Shown here: positions 53,498-61,178 of the stretch, piece by piece | Position numbering within the stretch: the first letter of the stretch is position 1 | Layout: each line of letters starts with the position of its first letter | Translations under genes and position numbers: made by a program | Notes under the pieces: generated by a model | What the model was told of the DNA's origin: nothing | What the model saw: the letters and a program-made list of their open reading frames with translations, nothing else | Databases searched by the model: none | Origin: Patescibacteria group bacterium | GTDB lineage: Bacteria; Patescibacteriota; Patescibacteriia; Patescibacteriales; UBA12465 | NCBI GenBank assembly: GCA_023229115.1 | Contig: JALNZW010000008.1 | Location: forward strand, 1-61,178 | Length of the DNA stretch: 61,178 nucleotides | Direction: 5' to 3'

Positions 53498-55816
53498 ATG
53501 GAAGAAAATCTATCAAAACCAAGCTCAGCAAAAATAAAGAAAACAAAAAAAGCTTTGCTAATAGCTGTAGCCCTTATTATAACCATCACCCTAATATTAT
53601 TGATCGGCTATTTTTTTCTTGTCAAACAAGACTCTAGCCCAAATAAATCATCAGGAGGTAATCTGCTTGATATTATAGATAATAATATTGGAGAAAATAA
53701 TGATGGTTTGATAAGCGGCTTTGCAGATTATCAAGAAGTTCCAGTGAATGTCACTCCTAAAATTCCCAGCTACAAAGTAAATCCCGATTTAAGTAATATT
53801 ACTAATATAGCTGATTATACTCTATCGGATAACTTAAAAGAACTATTGGCACAAAATGCTTTTGCGGTGAAACCTGCACATTACGATGAGTTCTTCCCTC
53901 TTTATGAGGCAAACCGTTACAGTTACACTCCCAGCTTTATCACTACTGACTCAATGCTACACAACTACCACCTCATGTTTGATTTTTTACTAAAGCAACT
54001 AGAAGAAAAGAACTTAGTAGGAGAATTAAAAAAACTCAATGCTAATCTGTTGGCTGACTCCTTAAATAATTATGAAACTCTTAAAGGAAGTGACTGGGAA
54101 AATGCTGCCAAAAGAAATATCGGTTTTTTCGCTGTTGGGAGCAAGATACTTGACCCAAGTATTAAGATACCGGAAATAGTTAAACAAGAGGTAGAGACAG
54201 AGCTGGCTTTAATTAAAGCACATAATGGTATTGATTCATCTCCAGTAATGAACCTTGGGATTGATCCTGAAATACTAATTGATACCCCTCAAGGTCCGCA
54301 GTCTCCTGACCTGCTCAAGGAAGATTATTCTCAATACATTCCTCGGGGTCATTACGATCAAAGCGATGACCTAAAAGCCTATTTCAAATCAATGATGTGG
54401 TACGGACGACTAGGCTTCAGATTAAAAAATGAAGACGAGACTAAATCAGCCATTATTATCAGCTTAAACCTAAACAATGAGACTAACCGTAAATCTTGGG
54501 ACAAACTTTATGAGCCAATAAATTTCTTTGTTGGTAAAAGTGATGACATTAATCATTATCAGTTCAAAGCTTTAATTGAAGATGTTTACGGAGATATCAA
54601 CAGCCTTAAAACTCTCCCTAATGAGTCAGAAAAGTTTAACAAGTTTTTGGAAAAGGCTAAAAACCTAGAAGCGCCAAAAATAAATTCTATGCCTGTATTT
54701 GACGCTTCTATTCAAGCTGACAGGACTAATGAAATAAAAGCTTTTAGATTTTTAGGACAAAGATACACTATAGATGCAGATATCTTCCAAAGATTAATCT
54801 ACCGTGAGGTTGGTGATAAAAGCAGTAGCTGTAAAAATTTTGATCCCGCTAAAGTGAACTGCTTCGCTGGCGCTAGATGTTTGCCCGCTGGCTTAGATAT
54901 TCCTGCTACCTTAGGTTCCCAGGAAGCTAATAGTATTCTTAATCAACTAGGAGAAACTAAATACGCCTGCTATCAAGAGAATATGCAACAGATGAGTGAA
55001 TATATTTCCACTCTCAACACTAGCACGTGGACCCAAAACTTATATTGGGGCTGGTTACATCAGCTTCGACCCTTGCTAACAGAAAAACAAAGTGGCTACC
55101 CCTCTTTCATGTTAAATTCAGCCTGGCAAAGAAAAGACTTAAATAGTTTTCTTGGTAGTTGGTCAGAGTTAAAACATGATACAATTCTTTACGCTAAACA
55201 GGTATATGCTGAATTAGGTGGTCGAGGTCCAGAAATAAAAGATGATCGCGGTTACGTTGAGCCAAATGTCCATGTCTACGCTCGCCTAGCTTCGTTAATA
55301 AAGATGACCACTGAAGGCTTGGAAGGTCGGGACTTACTGTCAGAAAACATGAAAGCTAATCTCAGCAAGATGGAAAGTTTAGCTATCTCACTCAAAACAA
55401 TTTCTGAAAAGGAACTTGAAAACAAAAGCTTAAATGAAGAAGAATATGAGCTAATTCGCTCCTACGGTGGTCAGCTAGAACATTTATGGCTAGATATTAA
55501 CAAGGACGAAACAGCCTTTCAAGAATCAACTAGTCCCAGGGATTATTTAAGCGAAAACCCTGCTTCCATTATCGCTGATGTTGCCACTGACCCAAATGGT
55601 AGAGTACTTGAAGTTGGCACTGGACCAATATCCGAAATCTATGTTGTGGTACCGATAGATGGCAAACTACGCTTAACTAAAGGTGGTGTTTATTCATATT
55701 ACGAATTTCCTTGGCCAATGTCAGATAGATTAACAGATACCAAGTGGCGTGAGATTCTAAAATCAGATCAGGCCCCAGCTTTACCTAATTGGACCAAATC
55801 TTTTAGCTCAAATTAA
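53498..55816 (+). CDS. DUF3160-like secreted/anchored protein
   Basis: 772 aa with an N-terminal TM. PSFITTDSMLHNYHLMFDFLLK matches the family signature as I recall it. Confidence 0.55.
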   Translation: MEENLSKPSSAKIKKTKKALLIAVALIITITLILLIGYFFLVKQDSSPNKSSGGNLLDIIDNNIGENNDGLISGFADYQEVPVNVTPKIPSYKVNPDLSNITNIADYTLSDNLKELLAQNAFAVKPAHYDEFFPLYEANRYSYTPSFITTDSMLHNYHLMFDFLLKQLEEKNLVGELKKLNANLLADSLNNYETLKGSDWENAAKRNIGFFAVGSKILDPSIKIPEIVKQEVETELALIKAHNGIDSSPVMNLGIDPEILIDTPQGPQSPDLLKEDYSQYIPRGHYDQSDDLKAYFKSMMWYGRLGFRLKNEDETKSAIIISLNLNNETNRKSWDKLYEPINFFVGKSDDINHYQFKALIEDVYGDINSLKTLPNESEKFNKFLEKAKNLEAPKINSMPVFDASIQADRTNEIKAFRFLGQRYTIDADIFQRLIYREVGDKSSSCKNFDPAKVNCFAGARCLPAGLDIPATLGSQEANSILNQLGETKYACYQENMQQMSEYISTLNTSTWTQNLYWGWLHQLRPLLTEKQSGYPSFMLNSAWQRKDLNSFLGSWSELKHDTILYAKQVYAELGGRGPEIKDDRGYVEPNVHVYARLASLIKMTTEGLEGRDLLSENMKANLSKMESLAISLKTISEKELENKSLNEEEYELIRSYGGQLEHLWLDINKDETAFQESTSPRDYLSENPASIIADVATDPNGRVLEVGTGPISEIYVVVPIDGKLRLTKGGVYSYYEFPWPMSDRLTDTKWREILKSDQAPALPNWTKSFSSN

Positions 55817-55821
55817 AGTTA

Positions 55822-56688
55822 ATGTCTAAAAAAATAAATCATCTTAAGATATCACTTGTCATTGTTTGTATTTTAATTCTTTCTACCTTGTTATTCTTTA
55901 AAGAAACAAGTGAAAAAAATAAAGTGAATGATTTCAGTCTAGAGGAATCAACAGATGCAGAATTTATAAATTTTATTAATCAAAAAAAGAAACTTTCTCA
56001 AACAAACGAGGAGGTTTCTTTGTTTAATAAAAAAGAATATTACTTTTGGAATGAAGAAACAAATAATTACCAGGAGAAATTAGAAGAGCTGCAAGATGCT
56101 GAACTGAAAAACTACGAGGTAAGGAATCTTGCGGAAAAAACGGAAGTAATGGATCTTAATTCTAATGGTATAAATGAATTATACCAATTAAAAGAAGGTG
56201 TCTTAAAAATAAGTGAAGATGAAGAACTTATTTGGCAATCCCCCGATGAGTGGTGGGTGGATAATTTTGTCTTAGCGGACATTAATAGTGATGGTGAAGT
56301 TAACATTAATCTATCACTTTGGAAAGTTGGCAGCTTTGGCTCTTCGAAACCATTTTGGTTGGGAAAAAATGATATGAGTATAAAGAATCATTTTTTTGTA
56401 CTTCGTCTAGAAGATAATCAGGTCTCGCAAGTTTGGGGTTCATCTAATCTAAGTGCTCCTAATTGTGAGTTTACCATCGCTGATATCAATAATGATGGTC
56501 AGAACGAATTACTAGTAATTGAAGGCCAATACCAAGAAGACTTAGATTGTAAGGGCCAATATTTAGCTATTTGGAATTGGAATAGCTGGGGCTTTTCTAA
56601 TGAGTGGCGTAGCGATATGGCTAATTATTCTCAGTTAAGAATTGAAAAAATCAATGGAAAAAGCTATATTATAGTTAATACAGATTAA
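55822..56688 (+). CDS. FG-GAP/VCBS-repeat protein
   Basis: DLNSNGINELY, ADINSDGEVN, ADINNDGQNELLV. Confidence 0.6.
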   Translation: MSKKINHLKISLVIVCILILSTLLFFKETSEKNKVNDFSLEESTDAEFINFINQKKKLSQTNEEVSLFNKKEYYFWNEETNNYQEKLEELQDAELKNYEVRNLAEKTEVMDLNSNGINELYQLKEGVLKISEDEELIWQSPDEWWVDNFVLADINSDGEVNINLSLWKVGSFGSSKPFWLGKNDMSIKNHFFVLRLEDNQVSQVWGSSNLSAPNCEFTIADINNDGQNELLVIEGQYQEDLDCKGQYLAIWNWNSWGFSNEWRSDMANYSQLRIEKINGKSYIIVNTD

Positions 56689-56730
56689 TCTCATAATAAA
56701 TACCTAGATAAAAAAATAATATATAAATCT

Positions 56731-57507
56731 ATGAAAAACAAAAATGCTTTAATGTTAAAAATTTCTGTTCTCATTTCCTACTTAGCTATGATAACGGTAA
56801 ATTTTTTAGCTAATGCCCTGCCTATAGCTGGTAGAAACACTGGTGAAATATCGGACTCCTACCCCAACCTGTTCGCCCCTGCTGGGCTAACCTTCGCCAT
56901 TTGGGGACTTATTTACTTCCTCTTAGCAACTTATGTCATCTACTATCTTAATAAGAAAGGTAGTGATAATAGGGCTTTATTTGAAAAAGTAGCTAAACTA
57001 TTTACCCTTTCTTCATTAGCTAATATTGCGTGGATTTTTTGCTGGCACTATGGACTACTAATAATCTCTGTATTTTTAATGTTAGTGATTTTAATTAGCT
57101 TAATTTTAATCGCTACAGCTGTTAGTGAGATAAAGCTAAACACTAAAGAACAAATCTTTTTAAAATTACCTTTTAGTATTTACTTTGGCTGGATAACTGT
57201 GGCTACGATTGCCAACATTACCGCTCTGTTAGTCGATCTTAACTGGAATGCTTGGAACTTAGATATGACTTGGACTATTATTATTCTCTTAGTAGGCGCC
57301 TTAATTGGCATTCTGAGGAGTATTAAAGATAGGAATATCCCTTACCTTTTAGTCTTTATTTGGGCTTATTTCGGCATCTGGTTTAAGCATTATTCAGTTA
57401 ACGGCTTTAATGGTCAGTACCCTGAAATTATGAAGACAACTATTTTTGCGATCGTCCTCTTTGCACTTAATATAATCTACATTGTTTTTGCTAAGAAAAA
57501 AAATTAA
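56731..57507 (+). CDS. TspO/MBR-related tryptophan-rich membrane protein
   Basis: NALPIAGRNTGEISDSYPNLFAPAGLTFAIWGLIY, W-rich, multiple TM. Confidence 0.5.
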   Translation: MKNKNALMLKISVLISYLAMITVNFLANALPIAGRNTGEISDSYPNLFAPAGLTFAIWGLIYFLLATYVIYYLNKKGSDNRALFEKVAKLFTLSSLANIAWIFCWHYGLLIISVFLMLVILISLILIATAVSEIKLNTKEQIFLKLPFSIYFGWITVATIANITALLVDLNWNAWNLDMTWTIIILLVGALIGILRSIKDRNIPYLLVFIWAYFGIWFKHYSVNGFNGQYPEIMKTTIFAIVLFALNIIYIVFAKKKN

Positions 57508-57555
57508 TAGGCCTTATTTAAAAATACTAATTATTAGTAATGCCTTGTTTAAACA

Positions 57556-57581
57556 AAAATCACTGCTAAGCAGTGATTTTT
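57556..57581. terminator. Bidirectional terminator
   Basis: aaaatcactgc-taa-gcagtgatttt. Confidence 0.65.
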
Positions 57582-57606
57582 ACTACAACTTATATTCTAT
57601 AGTTGA

Positions 57607-58131
57607 TTAAGCCTTCCCTAAGGTTGTATCTCCCTCATTCCACTCAATCGGACAAAGCTCACCACTCTGAATTGCCCTTAAAACTCTTAAGGTTTCATTA
57701 ACCGAGCGACCAACAGAACCAGGAGAAATAACCACATATTGTATCTTTCCTTCTGGGTCGATGATAAACAAGCCTCTATCAGCTGAACCATCGCTTTCAT
57801 TTAGAATGCCATAAGCCTTAGCCATGGATTGGGTAGTATCAGCTAAAATAGGAAATTTAACTTCTGGCAAATCTCTTTCAAACCAAGCTTTATGAGACCA
57901 TTCTGAATCAGTCGAAGCTGCTAGGATGTCACAATTAAGTGCTTTAAAATCAGCCTCATGCTTTGCAAAGCCTCTGATCTCAGTTGGACAGACGAAAGTA
58001 AAGTCACGCGGGTAAAAAAATAAGACTAGCCAGTTGCCACTATAATCAGACAGGCTAATATCTTTAAATTCTCCTGCTTGATAAGCTTTTATTCCTTTAA
58101 AATCAGGAGCAGATTGATTAATATTTAACAT
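57607..58131 (-). CDS. 2-Cys peroxiredoxin (AhpC/Prx family)
   Basis: FYPRDFTFVCPTEI, with the resolving Cys in GELCPIEW. Confidence 0.9.
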   Translation of the reverse strand: MLNINQSAPDFKGIKAYQAGEFKDISLSDYSGNWLVLFFYPRDFTFVCPTEIRGFAKHEADFKALNCDILAASTDSEWSHKAWFERDLPEVKFPILADTTQSMAKAYGILNESDGSADRGLFIIDPEGKIQYVVISPGSVGRSVNETLRVLRAIQSGELCPIEWNEGDTTLGKA

Positions 58132-58271
58132 ATTTTTATAATGATTAATGATTAATGATTATTTATTATAGCTAAATAAGCTATTAGCGTCAATTTACCA
58201 GGCTATGACACGTTAATGATAAATCTTGCATAAAGAAGCTCTATTAACTATACTTTTATTGAATTAGGCTT

Positions 58272-58343
58272 GCCTCCATAGTTTAATGGATAGAACACAA
58301 GCTTCCGAAGCTTGGGATAGGGGTTCGATTCCCTTTGGAGGCA
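58272..58343 (+). tRNA. tRNA-Arg (anticodon CCG)
   Basis: Acceptor gcctcca/tggaggc, anticodon stem caagc/gcttg with loop ttCCGaa, T-arm agggg-ttcgatt-ccctt. Confidence 0.85.
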
Positions 58344-58468
58344 CTAATGATCTGTATCCCAAAAAGTGGATACAAAAGCGTCTTTTAGGTGGAGCATGAA
58401 TCAAATAAAAAAATAATATTAGTAAACCTAAGCACTTAAATTTTCGGGTTTAAGTTATAATTAATTTT

Positions 58469-59098
58469 ATGAACAATCTTCCAGAAAAAGGAACAAAAGA
58501 ATACGCACTAGCAGATGCTCTTTCCAGACCAAATGCAATGAATGGATTATATAGAAAATTAAAACTGCCCTTGGAATGGGAAAACTTAAATAAAAAAGAT
58601 GCTATTTACATAACAAATTTGGCAGATTTAGCGGACAGAGTTATACAGGAAGCCATAGATAACGGAAAAGATTTAGACGATGTTAAAGCCCAAGAAGAAT
58701 TACGAGCTACTTTTTATGGAGGATCAGTTGGCACATCTCTTTCTGTTAGTTATTTTAAATATAAATTATTAATTTTTGGAATAATAACCTATATACTATC
58801 TGTTATATCTTCAGCAAAAGATCTTCAAGGAAATTATACCGCGTCAACTACTATAATCGCTTTATCAGTAATAACAACAATGATATTCACAATTATGGCT
58901 ACAGTTCGTTTGTGGAAAATAGCAAAAATTACATCGATCCTATTGTTTGTTTTCTCTTTGCTTAATTTAGTGTTATCATCAACAATAATTCATTGGATTA
59001 GTTTTTTAGTTTTTCTTTGGGCGATGTGTCTCCTCTGGGAAATGACGAAACGTGAAAAAAATACCGACTCAAGCGCCTCAAATACTTTAATCGAGTAA
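58469..59098 (+). CDS. Hypothetical membrane protein (soluble N-terminal domain plus 4 TM)
   Basis: ORF track, 209 aa. Confidence 0.5.
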   Translation: MNNLPEKGTKEYALADALSRPNAMNGLYRKLKLPLEWENLNKKDAIYITNLADLADRVIQEAIDNGKDLDDVKAQEELRATFYGGSVGTSLSVSYFKYKLLIFGIITYILSVISSAKDLQGNYTASTTIIALSVITTMIFTIMATVRLWKIAKITSILLFVFSLLNLVLSSTIIHWISFLVFLWAMCLLWEMTKREKNTDSSASNTLIE

Positions 59099-59155
59099 TC
59101 AGCTTTATTAAATTGAACTAGTGGGTATTTAACCTAGTTGGCCCGTCAGATTATC

Positions 59156-59207
59156 AAGTTCGAACCTTTAAGGGATTCGAACTTTTTTGTTTCTTAGCTA
59201 GTTTTAT
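59156..59207 (+). repeat. Direct repeat R2
   Basis: See R1. Upstream ggcccgtcagattatc resembles a shortened version of 51675-51725. Confidence 0.85.
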
Positions 59208-59245
59208 ACTAGATTATAGATAGTAAATTGTAACCTACTTAATCT

Positions 59246-59788
59246 ATGGAGTTAGAAATTTTAAAAAAATTAATAGATGAGAGTGATGAGAATAAACTAG
59301 ATAATGTTGTCTCGGATGGGGTGTTGAATTTAACAGAAAAACAAAAAGAAACTGTTAATTTTGTTTTTTGGTTTTATTATTTAGTAGAAACTGATTTAAA
59401 TGATGTTTTAATTAATTGCTGGAATAGTGCTATTAAAAATGTAGATGAGTTTATCAGGGAAGAGTCTGTAAAAATAATAAAGAAAAAAGTTTTTAAAGAT
59501 GAAAATAAGGATATTGATAATTTAGAGTATTTTAGAGATAAAATAAAACTTTATGTTTTTGCTAAAGGTGAGAGTGAGCTTTCAAAAATTTTATGGAAAA
59601 TTAACGATATTAGAAATGATTTAAGTCACAATAGAATTGATAAATTGGAATATAAGAACAGAAGTTTATACTTAAAAGAAACAAAAAAAGAGCTGTTGAT
59701 TGATTACCTTGCTTTGAAGAAAAATGATCAATTTGTTTTTAAAGGATCTTTTAAGGACGTTTTAGGAGATATAAATTTTAATGAATAA
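59246..59788 (+). CDS. HEPN-like (Abi-type) protein
   Basis: 180 aa, all-helical. INDIRNDLSHNRI contains an R-x4-H motif at nt 59612-59629. Confidence 0.45.
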   Translation: MELEILKKLIDESDENKLDNVVSDGVLNLTEKQKETVNFVFWFYYLVETDLNDVLINCWNSAIKNVDEFIREESVKIIKKKVFKDENKDIDNLEYFRDKIKLYVFAKGESELSKILWKINDIRNDLSHNRIDKLEYKNRSLYLKETKKELLIDYLALKKNDQFVFKGSFKDVLGDINFNE

Positions 59789-59933
59789 TTTTCACTACCC
59801 CTTTAGTAATTTTAATCTTACTCCTAAAACAACTCATCAACTCTCGTTTTTCTTCTTTTGTTCTATATAAAATTTATCTCTAATTTATAATAAAGTGATA
59901 GAAATATAATGTTAATTATGCTATGCTTATATT

Positions 59934-60779
59934 ATGAAAAATAAAATAAAATTATTTCAAAAACAAAAAGTTAGAGCTGTTTGGGATGAAAATTCAGAGG
60001 AATGGCTTTTTTCTGTTATTGATGTTGTTAAAATATTAACCAATCAATCCAATTATCAATCAGCAAGAAAATATTGGAATAAGTTAGCAGAAAGGCTTAA
60101 AAATGAAGGTTCTCAAGTGGTGACAAAATGTCACCGGTTGAAATTATTAGCTCCCGATGGAAAAATGAGAGAAACAGATGTCGCTAGCACAAAAACTGTT
60201 TTACGCTTAATTCAATCTATTCCCTCTAAAAAAGCTGAGCCTTTTAAATTGTGGCTAGCTGAAGTTGGTAATGATCGAATCAATGAATCTCAAAGCCCAG
60301 AACTGACTATAGACAGAGCTATGATTTCTTATAGAAATTTAGGTTATAGTGAAGAATGGATTAATACTAGATTACAGTCAATTCAGTTTCGCAAAGAGCT
60401 CACTGATGAATGGAAAAGATCCGGGGTCAAAGAGGGTTCAGAATTTGCTATTTTAACAAATATTATGACTAAAGAGTGGGCTGGAAAAACTATTAAAGAA
60501 TATAAGAAATTTAAAGGTTTAAAGAAGGAGGGCTTGAGAGACAATATGACTAGCTTGGAATTAGCTTTAAATATATTAGCAGAAACATCAACTACCGAAT
60601 TAAGCAAAGCATTAAAACCAAGCAACATAGATAAAAATAAGGATATTGCTGAGCGTGGAGGAAAAATAGCTGGAACTGCTCGTAAAAACATTGAGGCGCA
60701 AACCAAGAGATCGGTTATTAGCCCAAAAAATTCCAAAAATTTAAGATTAAAAAAACAAGACAGCGACCCGAGTGCCTAA
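59934..60779 (+). CDS. Bro-N domain / DinD-like (DNA-damage-inducible protein D family) protein
   Basis: N-terminus KVRAVWDENSEEWLFSVIDVVKILT (Bro-N). C-terminal half KGLKKEGLRDNMTSLELALNILAETST...GGKIAGTARKNIE resembles E. coli DinD. Confidence 0.65.
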   Translation: MKNKIKLFQKQKVRAVWDENSEEWLFSVIDVVKILTNQSNYQSARKYWNKLAERLKNEGSQVVTKCHRLKLLAPDGKMRETDVASTKTVLRLIQSIPSKKAEPFKLWLAEVGNDRINESQSPELTIDRAMISYRNLGYSEEWINTRLQSIQFRKELTDEWKRSGVKEGSEFAILTNIMTKEWAGKTIKEYKKFKGLKKEGLRDNMTSLELALNILAETSTTELSKALKPSNIDKNKDIAERGGKIAGTARKNIEAQTKRSVISPKNSKNLRLKKQDSDPSA

Positions 60780-60850
60780 AATCTAGTACTGAAAAATCAT
60801 CAAAAAACCCTTATAATATTGCTATGTGGTGGTACTTAATTCTAGTAGCC

Positions 60851-60898
60851 CGCGAACAAAAATGACCCAAACTGCTTTGGGTCATTTTTTGTTTGTTG
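60851..60898 (+). repeat. 48-nt repeat, right copy
   Basis: cgcgaacaaaaatgacccaaactgctttgggtcattttttgtttgttg. Two loop substitutions relative to 37961-38008. Confidence 0.9.
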
Positions 60899-61066
60899 TG
60901 ATAGTAGGGGAGGAATTCGAAAGCCGGAGGCGATGTGCGGAGTGAAACGACGCACCGCCGAGGCCAGGTCAGAGCGCTTAGTGAGCGAAGTCGAACGAAG
61001 TGAGGCGAGCGAGAATTAGCGGCGTGTGACCGCATCTCTCCCTCTCAGTGGTGAATAAGTTCACTC
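60899..61066 (+). ncRNA. G+C-rich structured element C, homologous to B (candidate novel ncRNA)
   Basis: Shares gaaagccggag(g)cgatgtgc..agt.aaacg..gcaccgc.gaggc with B. Helices gggag/ctccc (60908-12/61038-42), gcg-gtgcg/cgcac-cgc (60930-39/60951-58) and ggtca/tgacc (60967-71/61027-31) show compensatory changes relative to B. Confidence 0.45.
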
Positions 61067-61178
61067 ACATATTGGACTGCGAAGCAGGACAAAATGTATG
61101 CAAATAGGATTTAAGTATCACAATTGTAAAGGATTTGGTAATCTGTACAATTATGCAATTAAACATAATTATATGATT

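Larger units (their letters stand above)
51778..59155. mobile_element. Putative horizontally acquired island, no recombinase seen
   Basis: Bounded by R1 and R2. G+C is visibly higher than in the flanks (my counts: 31/60 in 54841-54900, 24/60 in 51961-52020, versus 13/60 in 11221-11280). Carries its own tRNA-Arg(CCG). Confidence 0.4.

Noticed and set aside
58141-58161. Tandem 7-mer atgatta x3 upstream of the peroxiredoxin gene
   Set aside because: A low-complexity A+T microrepeat in a promoter region. It is too short for a CRISPR or functional array, and no CRISPR-like repeat-spacer structure occurs anywhere in the window.
37666-60900. Search for an integrase, transposase or relaxase to explain the tRNA-end duplications and direct repeats
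   Set aside because: None of the ORFs shows tyrosine or serine recombinase, DDE or HUH motifs. The repeat-bounded segments therefore cannot be called active mobile elements from this window alone.
1-61178. Alternative genetic code (UGA as Gly, as in some CPR lineages)
   Set aside because: Long conserved genes (ileS, valS, gatB, pilB, PBP) read through cleanly with the standard code and end at sensible positions, some at TGA. There is no need for recoding.

Overview
A+T-rich, gene-dense bacterial window of about 60 genes read with the standard code. The gene content suggests a Patescibacteria/CPR-type genome; this is an inference, as no rRNA is present. Housekeeping genes include ileS (type 2), valS, gatB, a DEAD-box helicase, a PBP2-type transpeptidase and an apparent miaB-miaA fusion. 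A type IV pilus operon spans 17.0-24.0 kb: response regulator, PilB, PilC, four pilin-like proteins and a major pilin. Other content includes a LexA-like repressor, two ABC exporters, MarR, two NUDIX hydrolases, a flavoprotein, an SDR, an AlkD-like repair protein, and several large orphan proteins of 553 to 1434 aa. RNA genes: tRNA-Ser(GCT), tRNA-Ser(TGA) and tRNA-Arg(CCG). The most unusual signal is non-coding. Short G+C-rich, strongly base-paired elements sit at 3.6, 37.8, 38.0 and 60.9 kb. Each is boxed in by duplicated terminator hairpins or by copies of a tRNA-Ser 3' end. Compensatory base changes between copies suggest an unrecognised structured RNA or a tRNA-targeting mini-element. A 7.4-kb segment of higher G+C (51.8-59.2 kb) is flanked by ~52-nt direct repeats and looks horizontally acquired. 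Next to it lies a HEPN-like plus Bro-N/DinD-like gene pair. Three genes are broken at poly-A runs. No CRISPR array, transposase or integrase was seen.
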